Source: an uncultured Clostridia bacterium (GTDB lineage: Bacteria > Bacillota > Clostridia > TANB77 > CAG-508). Taken from it: a DNA stretch of 64,000 bases. This document shows positions 1 to 11,690 of this stretch, piece by piece (position 1 is the first letter of the stretch; each line of letters opens with the position of its first letter). The stretch covers positions 3,638-67,637 of the forward strand of contig CANQZU010000001.1 in NCBI GenBank assembly GCA_947628415.1, in the 5' to 3' direction. The position numbers were made by a program, and so were the translations under genes. The notes under the pieces were generated by a model. That model made no database searches. It worked only from the letters and a program-made list of their open reading frames with translations, and was not told the origin of the DNA.

Positions 1-2019
1 TCTTTATCATAATAAATTGGTATAATTTTTTCTTCTAGTGTTCGATACATACTTTGACTATCTGCTATATCTTGTGCTTCATAAGACTCATATTCACTAT
101 TATTTCCAATTGTCCATCCATTATTTTGTTTGTATCCTTCTGCCCACCATCCATCTAATATACTAAAGTTAATAACACCATTTACAGATGCTTTTTGTCC
201 ACTTGTTCCAGATGCTTCCATTGGTCTTCTTGGGTTATTTAACCATACATCCACACCACTTACTAGATATCTTGACATTGCAATGTTGTAATTCTCTAAT
301 ATGAAGATTTTTCCTTTAAATTGTGGCATCATAGATATTTCATGGATATATTTTATTAAGTCTTGTCCTTCTTTATCAGCTGGGTGTGCTTTTCCTGCAA
401 ATATTATTTGAACAGGTCTATCTTGATTGTTTAAAATTTGTGTAATTCTTTCTAAATCTTTAAAAATTAAAGTTGCTCTTTTATATGTTGCAAATCTTCT
501 TGCAAATCCTATGGTTAAAGATTCTGGGTTTAATTTAGAAACAATTTCATTAATTTCTTCATAACTATAACCAGAACGTCTTAACCTTTCTTGGGTATTA
601 TCCTTTACTAATTTTAATAATTTTATTTTTCTTTCATTATGTACTTCCCATAATTTTTCATCTGGTATATTTCTAATTTTTTCCCATACATAATCTTGAT
701 GAATGTTATCTTGCCAGTATGGAATTAAATATTTATTGTATAATTCTTTCATTTTTGGTGCAAGCCATGAGCAAGTATGAATTCCATTAGTTACGTATTC
801 AATTGGAGATTCATTTGCAGCAATATTAGGCCATATTTCTCCAAATAATTCTCTTGAAACTGCTCCATGTAATTTACTAACTCCATTTTTCTTTCCTGCA
901 ATTTTTAAAGCTAATATTCCCATATTAAATCCATCGTCTAAATCTATTCCTGGTTTCATTCCTAGCTTTAAAAATTCTTCTCTTGATAATCCTAATCTAG
1001 GCCAAAAGTCTTTAAAATATTTTTCTACTAATGGAAGTGGAAAAATATCATTTCCAGCAGGCACAGGTGTATGAGTTGTAAATACTGTTTTAGAACTTGC
1101 AATATCTTTTGCCACTTCAAAAGATACTTGTTTTTCTTTAATGATATCTTTAATAATTTCTAATGTTAAAAATGCAGAATGTCCTTCATTCATGTGGTAA
1201 ACTGTTGGTTTTAAATTTAAATATTTTGTTAATAAATTAGCTCCTGCTTGACCTAAAACAATTTCTTGACGAATTCTCATTTCTTGGTCTCCGCCATATA
1301 ATCTTAATGTTACATCTCTGTCTTCTTCATTATTTTTTTCTATATCAGAATCTAATAAATATAATTTAACTCTTCCTACATTAATTTGCCATACTTTTAA
1401 ATACAATCTTCTTTTTGGGAATTTAACATAGATTGTCAAATCTTCTCCTTTTTCATCTTTAACAGGATGAATTGGTAAGTCAAATAAATCAATGTTACGA
1501 TATTCTGTCTCTTGTTGTCCATATCCATTTATTTTTTGATTAAAATATCCATTTTTATATAATAAACCAACTGCAACTAATGGAATCCCTAAATCACTTG
1601 CTGATTTTAAATGGTCACCTGATAAAATTCCGAAGTCCACCGGAATAAATAGGTATTGTTTCATCTAATCCATATTCTGCTGAAAAATATGCAATTAAAC
1701 TATTTTTATTTTCTGGATATTGATTAGAAAACCATGTATTTTTACTATTCATGTAGTTCTCAAAATTTTCTACAATTTTATCATACGTTTTTAAAAAAGT
1801 AGTATCTTGAGTAACTTTTTCTAAATTTTCTTGTGCCACTTGTTTTAAAAATTTTACTGGGTTTTTGTTACATTGTTCCCATAAATCTCTATCTATTTGT
1901 TGAAATAATCTTAAAAATTCTGTATTCCAAGACCACCATAGGTTATTTGCAATTTCTCCTAGTTTTTCAATTCTTTTTGGTAATTGTGGATTTACCGTAA
2001 TTCTATTAAATATATACAT
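1..2019 (-). CDS. glgP: alpha-glucan (glycogen/maltodextrin) phosphorylase, GT35; C-terminus beyond window edge; needs +1 shift at in-frame CGG 1632..1630
   Basis: ORF 1615..2019 (..SAEYGLDETIPIYSGGL) stops 5 codons after CTT-CGG-A. Skipping the C gives [28 protein letters not shown]. The frame then stays open to nt 1 and includes TVFTTHTPVPAGNDIFPLP. Confidence 0.85.
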
Positions 2020-2135
2020 TAGTTTACTCCTCCTTAGTATTTTGCTCGTTTTTCTTTTGCATATTTTAACATTTATATTATCTATTAAATAACTTGTTTT
2101 GTCAAATATTTTTGTATATGATTTTGCTTTTTAAT

Positions 2136-3386
2136 TTAAAATATTCTTAAAATATCATTATAAGTTACATATAATGATATAGCAATTAAAATTGCAAAAC
2201 CTGCCAATTGTATATTAATTTCTGTTTCTTGCTTCATTGGTTTTCTACGAATTGCTTCTATAACTAAAATTAAAATTTTTCCACCATCTAAAGCTGGTAT
2301 TGGTAAGAGGTTTGTTACACCCAAAGATAAAGAAATTAAAGCCATCATTTCAAAAAATTCTCTTACTCCATCTGTTTTTGCAACTACCTCTGAAATTCCG
2401 ACTGGGCCCATCATTTGGTCTACTCCTACTTTTCCTGTGAATAATTGTTTTAAGTTGTCAACAATTGAAAATAAAAAGTCTTGTGTCTGCATTACTCCAT
2501 TGATACATCTATTTAAAAATGTATCTTCTGCTGGTTGTAAAACTACTCCTAAATAATAAGTTGATTTATAATCTGGTTCTAATTCTATTGTTACTTCTTG
2601 ATTTCCCCTTTTCACTACAAAAGTTATTATATTTAAGCCTTCTTTTCCTATTTCTTGTAATGCTACATTTCTATCTTCATTAATTAATACTCCATTCACT
2701 TTTAACAATACATCATTTGCTTTAATTCCTTGTCTTTCAGATGCGCTTTCTTTTTCTACAGCAATTATTTTACATTTATCATCTAGATATATTCCTGTAA
2801 TTTTTGAAGATACTTCCGTTGGTTTAATTGTATAAGATAAAACTTCTCCATTTCTTTCAATTTTAATTTCTATTTCTTTTCCTTGTGTCTTTTCTAATAC
2901 CGCTTTTAAATCTTTTTTACTACTTATCTTTTGTCCATTGCCTTCTATTATTTTATCTCCTGATTCTAATCCTGCTTCTTTAGCTGCATATCCATCAATT
3001 AATTCTCCTATTTCATTAGATACATAAGTTCCGCCTGTTGAAGATAAAATAAAATAAATTATAATTGCAAATAAGATATTTACAGTTGCTCCTGCTACTA
3101 CAATTGCAATTCTTTTACTAATGCTTGCTTGTGAAAACGACCTTTCATCATCAGAACGCTCTTCTTCCCCTTCTAAACTATTAAATCCACCAAGTGGAAT
3201 TAATCTTAATGTATATTTTGTTTCTTTTCCTTGTTTTTTCCAAATTGCTGGGCCAAATCCAATTGAAAATTCATTAACCCTTACTTTACAAAGTTTTGCT
3301 ACTATAAAATGCCCTAATTCATGAATTGTAATTAAGACACCCAATAAAATAATAATTTTAATAGCCGATAATAAAAATGAAATCAA
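2136..3386 (-). CDS. rseP: RIP zinc metalloprotease, M50 site-2 protease with PDZ domains (RseP/RasP type)
   Basis: HELGH zinc motif near the N-terminus, central PDZ-like region, C-terminal LPIPALDGG motif. Conserved position after cdsA. Confidence 0.9.
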   Translation of the reverse strand: MISFLLSAIKIIILLGVLITIHELGHFIVAKLCKVRVNEFSIGFGPAIWKKQGKETKYTLRLIPLGGFNSLEGEEERSDDERSFSQASISKRIAIVVAGATVNILFAIIIYFILSSTGGTYVSNEIGELIDGYAAKEAGLESGDKIIEGNGQKISSKKDLKAVLEKTQGKEIEIKIERNGEVLSYTIKPTEVSSKITGIYLDDKCKIIAVEKESASERQGIKANDVLLKVNGVLINEDRNVALQEIGKEGLNIITFVVKRGNQEVTIELEPDYKSTYYLGVVLQPAEDTFLNRCINGVMQTQDFLFSIVDNLKQLFTGKVGVDQMMGPVGISEVVAKTDGVREFFEMMALISLSLGVTNLLPIPALDGGKILILVIEAIRRKPMKQETEINIQLAGFAILIAISLYVTYNDILRIF

Positions 3387-3397
3387 TTTTTCCTCCT

Positions 3398-4201
3398 TTA
3401 TAATAAGGTAAATAGACTATAAGCAAATGGTGCTAGAAATATTAAACTGTCAATTCTATCTAACATACCACCGTGTCCTGGTATTAAATTGCTATAATCT
3501 TTAATGTCTACAAATCTTTTTATGCTAGATGCTGCAAAATCACCTATTTGTCCTACTAAACTTAAAATAATTCCTATTCCAAGTAAAAATACATAAGAAT
3601 AATTCATTCCTAAATAAGTGTTAACAAAATAGGTATAAATTAATATCATTATAACACTGCCTATAGTTCCTCCTATACAGCCTTCAATTGATTTTTTAGG
3701 ACTCACTTTACTAAATTTATGTTTTCCAAACCATTTTCCTACTAGATAAGCAAATATATCTGTTCCCCATGCGGCAAATATTGCATACCAAATTAATATT
3801 TTTCCATTTGGCATTCCATCAATAAATGCTACAAACATCATAAAAAATACAACATAAAAAATTCCAATAAAAGTATAACTAATATCTTTAAAACTAGTTT
3901 TCATATCTGTTGCTATAACCTGTGCAAATAAAATTATTAATATTGTTGGTACAGCTAACGTTACAATTGTGTTTAAGTATTCTTCTGGTACAATATGAAT
4001 AAAAGCAATGCTAAAACAGCTTACATAGCCGACCCATTTAACTGGTTTCGCCACTTTTTTGATAGCATTAAAATACTCATTCATAGCTAGTAAAGCAATA
4101 ATAGCTAATGCTATATCTACTACTATTTTATGCCCTAGTAATAAAACAATTAATACTAGAGGAAATCCTAATAAACCTGAAGTAATTCTTTTTATATCCA
4201 T
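3398..4201 (-). CDS. cdsA: phosphatidate cytidylyltransferase
   Basis: Polytopic membrane protein with the C-terminal signature PGHGGMLDRIDS. Lies in uppS-cdsA synteny. Confidence 0.9.
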   Translation of the reverse strand: MDIKRITSGLLGFPLVLIVLLLGHKIVVDIALAIIALLAMNEYFNAIKKVAKPVKWVGYVSCFSIAFIHIVPEEYLNTIVTLAVPTILIILFAQVIATDMKTSFKDISYTFIGIFYVVFFMMFVAFIDGMPNGKILIWYAIFAAWGTDIFAYLVGKWFGKHKFSKVSPKKSIEGCIGGTIGSVIMILIYTYFVNTYLGMNYSYVFLLGIGIILSLVGQIGDFAASSIKRFVDIKDYSNLIPGHGGMLDRIDSLIFLAPFAYSLFTLL

Positions 4202-4213
4202 ATTTTTTCCTTT

Positions 4214-4927
4214 CTAATTTGCTCCAAATTTTCTGGTTCTTTTTTGATATTCTATAATAGCTTTATCCAAATCTTCTTCTTCAAATTCTGGCCAATTTTT
4301 ATCTATAAATAAAAATTCTGTATATACCGATTGCCATGGTAAGAAATTACTTAATCTTTTCTCCCCACTGGTTCTAATTAATAAATCTGGTTCTGGTTGC
4401 CCTTTAGTGTATAAATAGTCTGATATTAATTTTTCTGTAATGTCCTCTACTTTTATTTCTTCTTTTTTTACTTTATTTGCTATTTGTTGAATTGCTTTTA
4501 TTATTTCATCTCTTCCACCATAGTTTAAAGCAATATTAAAAGTAACTCCTGTATTATTTTTTGTTCTTTCCATGCAATTTTGAATACTTTTCTGCATACC
4601 CATAGATAAAGCTGAAATGTCTCCTAATATTTTCACTCTAATATTTTCAGTATCTGCTCTTTTAGCATAATCGTCTAAGTAATTTTGAAGTAAAGTCATT
4701 AATGCTTTTACTTCGTCTTCTGCTCTTTTCCAATTCTCTGTTGAAAAAGCGTAAACAGTTATATATTCTAATCCAATTTTGTTTGCATATCTAACTATTT
4801 TTTCTAATGTTTTTGCGCCCTCTTTATGTCCAAAACTAACTGGTTTTCCTTTAGATTTTGCCCATCTTCTATTTCCATCCATAATAATGGCTATATGTTT
4901 TGGCATAGCTTCTTTGTTAAATTCCAT
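4214..4927 (-). CDS. uppS: isoprenyl transferase (undecaprenyl-diphosphate synthase)
   Basis: HIAIIMDGNRRWA and RTSGEKRLSNFLPWQ motifs. Confidence 0.95.
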   Translation of the reverse strand: MEFNKEAMPKHIAIIMDGNRRWAKSKGKPVSFGHKEGAKTLEKIVRYANKIGLEYITVYAFSTENWKRAEDEVKALMTLLQNYLDDYAKRADTENIRVKILGDISALSMGMQKSIQNCMERTKNNTGVTFNIALNYGGRDEIIKAIQQIANKVKKEEIKVEDITEKLISDYLYTKGQPEPDLLIRTSGEKRLSNFLPWQSVYTEFLFIDKNWPEFEEEDLDKAIIEYQKRTRKFGAN

Positions 4928-4939
4928 ATTTTTCTCCTA

Positions 4940-5827
4940 TCACTTATTTCTGTTTTGTATGTATAAAGCAAGTTCTTTCAAAAATTCTGCTTTTTCTCCA
5001 TAAGGATTTAATTGTTTTATGGCTTCTTTTGTTATTTGATCTAAAATATCTTTTGCTCCTTGCAATCCATATTGAGAAACATAAGTACATTTTTCTAATT
5101 TTTTGTCATTTCCTACTGGTTTTCCTAATACTTTTTCGTCTCCTTCTTCTGATAATATGTCATCTTTAATTTGAAATGCTAAACCTATTTTTTCTGCATA
5201 ATTGGTCAATCGTACTAAATCTTCTGGTGAAGAATTACCAAGAATGGCTCCCATTCTTACACATAATTCTAATAAAGCTCCTGTTTTATTTTTATGAATA
5301 TATTGTAACTCATTTTCTGTTATTTTTTTCCCTTCTAATTCTGTATCAACATATTCTCCTGCAATCATTCGATCAACAGCTTTTGAAAACTCATAAAATA
5401 CCTTTATTTTTTGTGGCAATTCTTCTTTTGGGCTATTAGCCATATCTTGACTAATTACCATATATGCATAATTTAATAAACTATCTCCTGCTAAAATAGC
5501 AGTTGCTTCATTAAACTGTTTATGATTAGTTGGTTTTCCATGTCTAAAATCATCGTTATCAATTCCTGGTAAATCATCATGAATTAAAGAAAAGTTGTGT
5601 ACCATTTCTATAGCTACTGCATAAGGTAAACATTTATCAGTATTTTCATTGAAAATTTTACATGTAGCTATTACCAAAATTGGTCTTAAGCGTTTTCCTC
5701 CTGCCATTAAACTATATTCCATTGATGTATTCAAAATTTCTTCTGGGCATTTTTGTCTTCGTAGATATTTTTCTAATTCGCTTGTTACTTGTTGTTGATA
5801 TTTTTTTAATTCCATTTTAAAATCCAT
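4940..5827 (-). CDS. ispA: polyprenyl synthetase (farnesyl/geranylgeranyl diphosphate synthase family)
   Basis: First Asp-rich motif LIHDDLPGIDNDDFRHGKPT and second motif FQIKDDILS. Confidence 0.8.
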   Translation of the reverse strand: MDFKMELKKYQQQVTSELEKYLRRQKCPEEILNTSMEYSLMAGGKRLRPILVIATCKIFNENTDKCLPYAVAIEMVHNFSLIHDDLPGIDNDDFRHGKPTNHKQFNEATAILAGDSLLNYAYMVISQDMANSPKEELPQKIKVFYEFSKAVDRMIAGEYVDTELEGKKITENELQYIHKNKTGALLELCVRMGAILGNSSPEDLVRLTNYAEKIGLAFQIKDDILSEEGDEKVLGKPVGNDKKLEKCTYVSQYGLQGAKDILDQITKEAIKQLNPYGEKAEFLKELALYIQNRNK

Positions 5828-5880
5828 CTATATACCGCTTCTTTTCTAGTCTTACTAGAAAAACATCCTTTCTTTAATAT

Positions 5881-6429
5881 TTATACTGACATAACTTCTT
5901 TTTCTTTTGTTTCTAGTACCTTATCAATTTCCTCAATATTTTTATCTGTTATTTTTTGAATTTCATTTTCTGCCTGTTTTAATTCATCTTCTGTCATATC
6001 TCCTTCTTTTTGAGATGATTTTGCCATATCTAGTCCTTCTCTTCTAATAGAACGGATAGCAACTTTGGCTTCTTCTGCCATTTTACGAACTTCTTTTACT
6101 ATTTCTTTTCTTCTTTCTTCATTTAATTCTGGAAAAACTAGTCTTATAACTTTTCCATCATTATTTGGATTAATTCCTATATCAGATGCTAAAATTGCCT
6201 TTTCAATTTCTTTTAAAACACTTGCATCCCAAGGTTGAATAACAATTAATCTTGCTTCTGGTACAGAAACTCCTGCTACTTGGTTAATTGGTGTTGGCGT
6301 TCCATAATAATCTATTTTTACTTTATTTAGAATAGCAGGATTAGCACGACCTGCTCTTACTTCTGCCAATTTTTCGCAATAAACGCTAATTGACTTTTCC
6401 ATTTTTTCTTTTATATTTGTATAATCCAT
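5881..6429 (-). CDS. frr: ribosome recycling factor
   Basis: 182 aa, typical RRF sequence (RAGRANPAILNKVKIDYYG), conserved pyrH-frr order. Confidence 0.95.
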   Translation of the reverse strand: MDYTNIKEKMEKSISVYCEKLAEVRAGRANPAILNKVKIDYYGTPTPINQVAGVSVPEARLIVIQPWDASVLKEIEKAILASDIGINPNNDGKVIRLVFPELNEERRKEIVKEVRKMAEEAKVAIRSIRREGLDMAKSSQKEGDMTEDELKQAENEIQKITDKNIEEIDKVLETKEKEVMSV

Positions 6430-6463
6430 AATTTTTCTCCTCTTTTTCTAATATTTTTTATTT

Positions 6464-7180
6464 TTAGCTAACTATAGTTCCTATTTTTTCTCCTTTAACA
6501 ACTCTTACAATGTTTTCTGGATCTGCAATTCCAAATACTAATAAAGGTATATTATTATCTCTGCACATTGCTGTTGCTGTTGAATCCATTACTTTTAAAT
6601 CTTTTTCTAAAACTTCCATATAAGAAATTTTTTCATACTTTTGGGCTGTTGAATCAATTTTTGGATCTGCTGAGTAAACAGCATCAATTGCTTTTCCTAA
6701 TAAGATAACATCTGCTTTAATTTCTATTGCTCTAAGTACAGCTGCTGTATCTGTTGTAAAATATGGATGTCCTGTTCCTCCTGCAAATATAACAACTCTT
6801 CCTCTATTTAGGTGTTTTTCTGCTTTCCTCTGAATAAATGGCTCTGCAATTTCCCTCATTTCTATAGCAGTTTGCACTCTTGAATGAATTCCTCTTGCTT
6901 CTAATGCATCTTGTAATGCCAATCCATTCATAGCAGTTGCAAGCATTCCCATATAGTCTGCTGTTGTTCTTTCCATTTGATGTCCATTTCTTCCTCTCCA
7001 GAAATTTCCTCCTCCTACTACGATTGCAACTTGTACTCCCATTTCTACTATTTCTTTTATTTGGTCACATATTTTTCCTACTGTTTCAACATCTACTCCT
7101 GTCTTTTGTTCTCCAGCTAATGCTTCTCCACTTAATTTTAATAATACTCTTTTATATTTTGTTTCAAGCAAATTTTTCAC
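6464..7180 (-). CDS. pyrH: UMP kinase
   Basis: [12 protein letters not shown] and [10 protein letters not shown] motifs. Confidence 0.95.
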   Translation of the reverse strand: MKNLLETKYKRVLLKLSGEALAGEQKTGVDVETVGKICDQIKEIVEMGVQVAIVVGGGNFWRGRNGHQMERTTADYMGMLATAMNGLALQDALEARGIHSRVQTAIEMREIAEPFIQRKAEKHLNRGRVVIFAGGTGHPYFTTDTAAVLRAIEIKADVILLGKAIDAVYSADPKIDSTAQKYEKISYMEVLEKDLKVMDSTATAMCRDNNIPLLVFGIADPENIVRVVKGEKIGTIVS

Positions 7181-7280
7181 TCTCCTTAAAATTATATTTT
7201 TGCCATGCCTATTTTATCATAGATTAAAAAAAAATACAGCATTTTTTTTACATTTTCTTATTTTTTTATTATCTTAAAAA

Positions 7281-7372
7281 AAGAGATTAAGATTTATCAA
7301 AATGTACCCAATGTAAATACACTCTTTTTTAGTGTCTATTCCATTGGATACATTTTATATTACTTAATCTCT
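7281..7372 (-). terminator. long composite hairpin between tsf and pyrH (terminator/attenuator candidate)
   Basis: Outer arms aagagattaag / cttaatctctt. Inner arms aaaatgtacccaat / attggatacatttt with 1 mismatch. Apical acact / agtgt around a T-rich loop. Sits immediately 3' of the tsf stop. Confidence 0.45.
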
Positions 7373-8254
7373 TTATTTTTTTAGTTGGTTCATAACTTCT
7401 TCTGCAAAGTTTTCTTCTTTTTTCTCGATTCCTTCTCCTTTTTCGAATCTAGCAAATTCTACAATTTCTGCATCTTTTTGTGCCAATAGTTGACTTACTT
7501 TCATATTTGGATCTTTAACAAAAGCTTGATCAACTAAACAGATTTCTTCATAGAATTTTCCAATTCTTCCTTGCACAATTTTTTCTGCAATGGCTTCTGG
7601 TTTTCCTTCATTCATAGTTTGTGCCTTTAATATTTCCATTTCTTTATTAACTCTTTCTTGTGGCACTTCTTCTTTTCTTACATATTCAGGTCTTGCTGCT
7701 GCAATTTGCATACAAATGTCTTTAGCAACTTCGCTATTTCCTTTCTTCATATTGACTAAAACTGCTATTTTTCCATCTCCATGAATATATTTTTCTACTA
7801 ATCCTTCTGATTCAAATCTTACAAATCTTCTAATATTCATATTTTCACCAATAGTAGCAATCTTTTCTACTAAAACTTCTTGTACTGTCTTGCCTGCATT
7901 TTCTATTGATTCTTGTGCTAGTAAAGTTTCTACATCTTTTGGATTTTTTTCTACAATTTGTTTTGCTACATTCATAACAAAATTTCTAAACTCTTCATTT
8001 TTTGCCACAAAATCTGTTTCTGAATTTACTTCTACTATTGCTCCTATTTTTCCATTGTCTGCAATGTAGGCTTCTACTAGACCTTCTGCTGCTATTCTTC
8101 CAGATTTTTTAGCTGCTTTTGCAATTCCTCTTTCACGTAATAATTCTATTGCTTTTTCCATGTCTCCATCTGTTTCTGTTAATACTTTTTTGCAGTCCAT
8201 CATACCTGCTCCTGTTTTTTCTCTTAATTCCTTTACTAAACTTGCTGTAACCAT
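7373..8254 (-). CDS. tsf: translation elongation factor Ts
   Basis: N-terminal UBA-like LVKELREKTGAGMMDCKKVL; rpsB-tsf synteny. Confidence 0.95.
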   Translation of the reverse strand: MVTASLVKELREKTGAGMMDCKKVLTETDGDMEKAIELLRERGIAKAAKKSGRIAAEGLVEAYIADNGKIGAIVEVNSETDFVAKNEEFRNFVMNVAKQIVEKNPKDVETLLAQESIENAGKTVQEVLVEKIATIGENMNIRRFVRFESEGLVEKYIHGDGKIAVLVNMKKGNSEVAKDICMQIAAARPEYVRKEEVPQERVNKEMEILKAQTMNEGKPEAIAEKIVQGRIGKFYEEICLVDQAFVKDPNMKVSQLLAQKDAEIVEFARFEKGEGIEKKEENFAEEVMNQLKK

Positions 8255-8365
8255 TTTATAAAATCCTTCCTTTCTTTTAAAATGAGGGACATTCTTTCCT
8301 TTCGGCTATCCCATAGGATTAAGCAATGTCCCTACATTTATTTATTATATATTTATGTTTTTGTT

Positions 8366-9172
8366 TTAAGCTTCTTGTTCTTCTGTTTTTGTCTCTTCTG
8401 CTTCTTCTACTTCTTCTACTACTTCTTCCATACTAGTAGGTTCTTTTTCTTCTGGTAGTTGTTCTTCTTGTATTTCTGATTCAAAACTTTCTCCTTGTTT
8501 TCCTTCAATTACAGCATTTGCCATTACATCTGCAATTAATTTTACCGCTCTAATAGCATCGTCATTTCCTGGTATTGGATAATCTAATTCTTCTGGATTA
8601 CAGTTTGTATCAACTAATCCTACTACTGGAATTCCTAATTTTTTAGCTTCTAGTATAGCAATTCTTTCTTTTTTAGGATCAACTAAAAAGATAACTCCTG
8701 GTAATTTTTCCATTTCTTTAATTCCTCCAAGGTTTCTTTCTAATTTTTCCATTTCTTTTTTAAGTAAAATTACTTCTTTTTTAGGTAATACATCAAAAGT
8801 TCCATCTTCTTGCATAGTTTCTAAATCTTTTAATCTTTTTACTCTAGCACGAATTGTTTCGAAGTTTGTTAACATTCCTCCTAACCATCTTTGATCTACA
8901 TAGTACATACCACATTTGATGGCTGCTTCTTTCATGCATTCTTGTGCTTGTTTTTTTGTTCCAACAAATAGAACTGTTTCTCCTTCTTCTGCTTTTTCTT
9001 TGATAAAGCTATAAGCTTCATCTAATTTTTTAGATGTTTTTTGTAAATCGATGATGTGAATACCATTTCTGGCTTGGAATATATATTCTGCCATTTTAGG
9101 ATCCCATCTTCTTGTTTGATGTCCAAAGTGAACACCGGCTTCTAGTAATTGTTTCATTGCAACTACTGCCAT
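8366..9172 (-). CDS. rpsB: 30S ribosomal protein S2 with acidic C-terminal tail
   Basis: [19 protein letters not shown] motif; GGAGG RBS upstream. Confidence 0.95.
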   Translation of the reverse strand: MAVVAMKQLLEAGVHFGHQTRRWDPKMAEYIFQARNGIHIIDLQKTSKKLDEAYSFIKEKAEEGETVLFVGTKKQAQECMKEAAIKCGMYYVDQRWLGGMLTNFETIRARVKRLKDLETMQEDGTFDVLPKKEVILLKKEMEKLERNLGGIKEMEKLPGVIFLVDPKKERIAILEAKKLGIPVVGLVDTNCNPEELDYPIPGNDDAIRAVKLIADVMANAVIEGKQGESFESEIQEEQLPEEKEPTSMEEVVEEVEEAEETKTEEQEA

Positions 9173-9351
9173 TTTTCATTCCTCCTTTTTTGTTATTTCT
9201 TCCACAAAGTTTCTTCATTTTTTAGGACCTAAATATTTTAGGCACTTCCCTTAAAACTCTCTTTGTGTGATTAATACGCTCGTTATTGTATCATATTTTT
9301 CTTATAATTTCAAGTATTTTATAATATTTTTTATTTTATTTTAATAAATTT

Positions 9352-10251
9352 CTATAAAACTGCTCCTATAATACCAGCATCATTTCCTAAAATAGCTGGT
9401 TTAATATTGATATCTGATGTTTCATTATATAAAACACCTGGCTTAAGTAATTCTGTTTTTAGCTTTGGTAATAACATTTCTTCAAAGTAAATAAAACTTC
9501 CTCCTATTACGATGATTTCTGGTTCAAAGATATTGATTAAATTGGCTATACCTAAACTCAAATTTTCTATAAATTGATTTACTATGTATTCTATACTTTC
9601 ATAATTTTCTTGACCTATATTATTATTTTTTAATATATTCCATAAGTCTTTTCCGTGAATAGTTTCGCCTTGTCCCAATTGCTTTGCTAAATTATTTTTT
9701 AAAGTTTTCATAGAAGCATATTGTTGCCAGCATCCTTTTCTTCCACAGTGGCAAGGTATTCCATCTTTTTGAATTACCATATGTCCCACTTCACATCCTG
9801 GCTTTTCTCCTGTATCTAACAACTGATGATTGATGATAACTGCTCCTCCAATACCTGTTCCTAATGTTAAAAATAGAGACCTTTTATATTCCTTTAGACA
9901 TCCATATCTATCTTCAGCAAGAGCAGCACATTTAGCATCATTTCTAATGTGAATTGGTAATTTTATCTTTTCTTGCAGTTTTTCTATAATAGGATAATTT
10001 TTAATTTCTAATTTTCCAGACGAAATCATTATACCATTAATTGCTGTACCTGGTGCTCCAATTCCTACTTCTGTAATTTCATATTTTTTACATAATTTTA
10101 ATATATTTTCTATTATATAATTTTCAATTGATTTTTCCATATTTTCTTTATCAGTATCTAACCATGATTTTTCTACTTTTTCTATTATATTTGCTTCTTT
10201 TATTACACCAATTGCAATATGACTTCCGCCCATATCAATTCCAATTTTCAT
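9352..10251 (-). CDS. glcK: ROK family glucokinase
   Basis: N-terminal GIDMGGSHI, ROK signature and zinc motif HCGRKGCWQQY. Confidence 0.8.
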   Translation of the reverse strand: MKIGIDMGGSHIAIGVIKEANIIEKVEKSWLDTDKENMEKSIENYIIENILKLCKKYEITEVGIGAPGTAINGIMISSGKLEIKNYPIIEKLQEKIKLPIHIRNDAKCAALAEDRYGCLKEYKRSLFLTLGTGIGGAVIINHQLLDTGEKPGCEVGHMVIQKDGIPCHCGRKGCWQQYASMKTLKNNLAKQLGQGETIHGKDLWNILKNNNIGQENYESIEYIVNQFIENLSLGIANLINIFEPEIIVIGGSFIYFEEMLLPKLKTELLKPGVLYNETSDINIKPAILGNDAGIIGAVL

Positions 10252-10328
10252 TTTTTCTTTTAAAGCTCCTTTACTTTTATTTTTTAAAAATTGCCAAAAA
10301 GATTTTTCTTTTTGGCAATTTGTTAATA

Positions 10329-11672
10329 TTATAAATATGCTGAGAATAAGAAGTTACCCATATAAACTTGTATACATGGTACTAATACGACTAATACGAA
10401 GAAAATTAATACAACTCCAACAATTGCATACACAACTTGTGGCAATGCTTTCATAATCTTATTCATAATATTATCAATATCAATTTCCATATATTCTACC
10501 AATTTTTCCATCATTTCTGTTAAATCTGTTTGCATACCTATTTTTAACATTTCTGTAATCATTGGTTTAGCTAATCCAGATTGTTCAAATGGTTCAATCC
10601 AAGAAGAACCTGTTAATATATTATTAATAGAAGTTTCAATAGTTGATAGCATAACATAGTTTTTTACTACGTTTTTACTTACTTCTATAGCATCTTGTAT
10701 TCTCATTCCATTTTTTAAATTTAATAACATTGCTTTCATTAATCTTGAAAAGTCTAAAGCAAAAATCAATTGTCCAAAAATTGGCATTTTATATTTAAAA
10801 TAATCAAAGTTATACTTTCCTTTTGGTGTATGGACATAGAATATAATGGCTGCTACAATTCCAATTAAAATTATAGTCGGAACATACCAATATAAAATTA
10901 CTTTATCAATAAAATCAGCAAACCATAATGTTACAGCTGGTAAAGTTTCCTCTGTTCCTAATTCATCAAAAATTCCTTGAATAGCAGGAATAGCAAATAA
11001 GGTACCTACTACTAACATTACTAAAAGTAAAATAAATTGTACGATATTTGGTATTAAAATAGATTTTATTTTCTTATTTAGCACTTCTGTATCATCTAAA
11101 TATTTAACCGCTTGTTCTAGTGAATTAGTAAGCGAACCTGACAATTCTCCAACTTTTATCATGTTAATATAAATAAATGGAAATACATTGGAATAATATT
11201 CCATTGTCGTATACATATTTTCTCCTGCTTCTACTCCTGCTAAAATATCTTCCAAGATTCCTCTAAATGACAAGTTTTCTGTGCTTTCAATAATTGTATT
11301 CAAAGCATGAATATTATTAAAGTTAGCTTTTTTTAACAAATAGAAATTTTGTGTAAATACCACTAAATCCCTTTGTGTGATTTTTTCTGTTTTAGCAAGA
11401 TATAGATTTATTTTTTCCTTTGTGGTTAATGTTTTTTTCTTATTACCTAATTGTGTTGTATTAACATTTTTCATGATTTCTTGAATATCAGTAACATTTC
11501 TCTTCTTCTTTTTTGGCTGTTTACCAGAACGATAAGAAACTTGTTCAATAGATATTGGTAATAAATCACTGCCTTTTAATGACTTAATTAAATTTTGTCT
11601 ACTGGATGATTCTACTCTATTTTTTACAATTAATCCACTTTTTGTCATAGCTTTATAGGTATAGGTAGGCAT
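10329..11672 (-). CDS. pilC: type IV pilus platform protein (GspF/PilC family)
   Basis: Two GspF-like repeats with three TM segments; adjacent to pilT/pilB. Confidence 0.85.
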   Translation of the reverse strand: MPTYTYKAMTKSGLIVKNRVESSSRQNLIKSLKGSDLLPISIEQVSYRSGKQPKKKKRNVTDIQEIMKNVNTTQLGNKKKTLTTKEKINLYLAKTEKITQRDLVVFTQNFYLLKKANFNNIHALNTIIESTENLSFRGILEDILAGVEAGENMYTTMEYYSNVFPFIYINMIKVGELSGSLTNSLEQAVKYLDDTEVLNKKIKSILIPNIVQFILLLVMLVVGTLFAIPAIQGIFDELGTEETLPAVTLWFADFIDKVILYWYVPTIILIGIVAAIIFYVHTPKGKYNFDYFKYKMPIFGQLIFALDFSRLMKAMLLNLKNGMRIQDAIEVSKNVVKNYVMLSTIETSINNILTGSSWIEPFEQSGLAKPMITEMLKIGMQTDLTEMMEKLVEYMEIDIDNIMNKIMKALPQVVYAIVGVVLIFFVLVVLVPCIQVYMGNFLFSAYL

Positions 11673-11690
11673 TTATTTTTCCTCCTTTTT

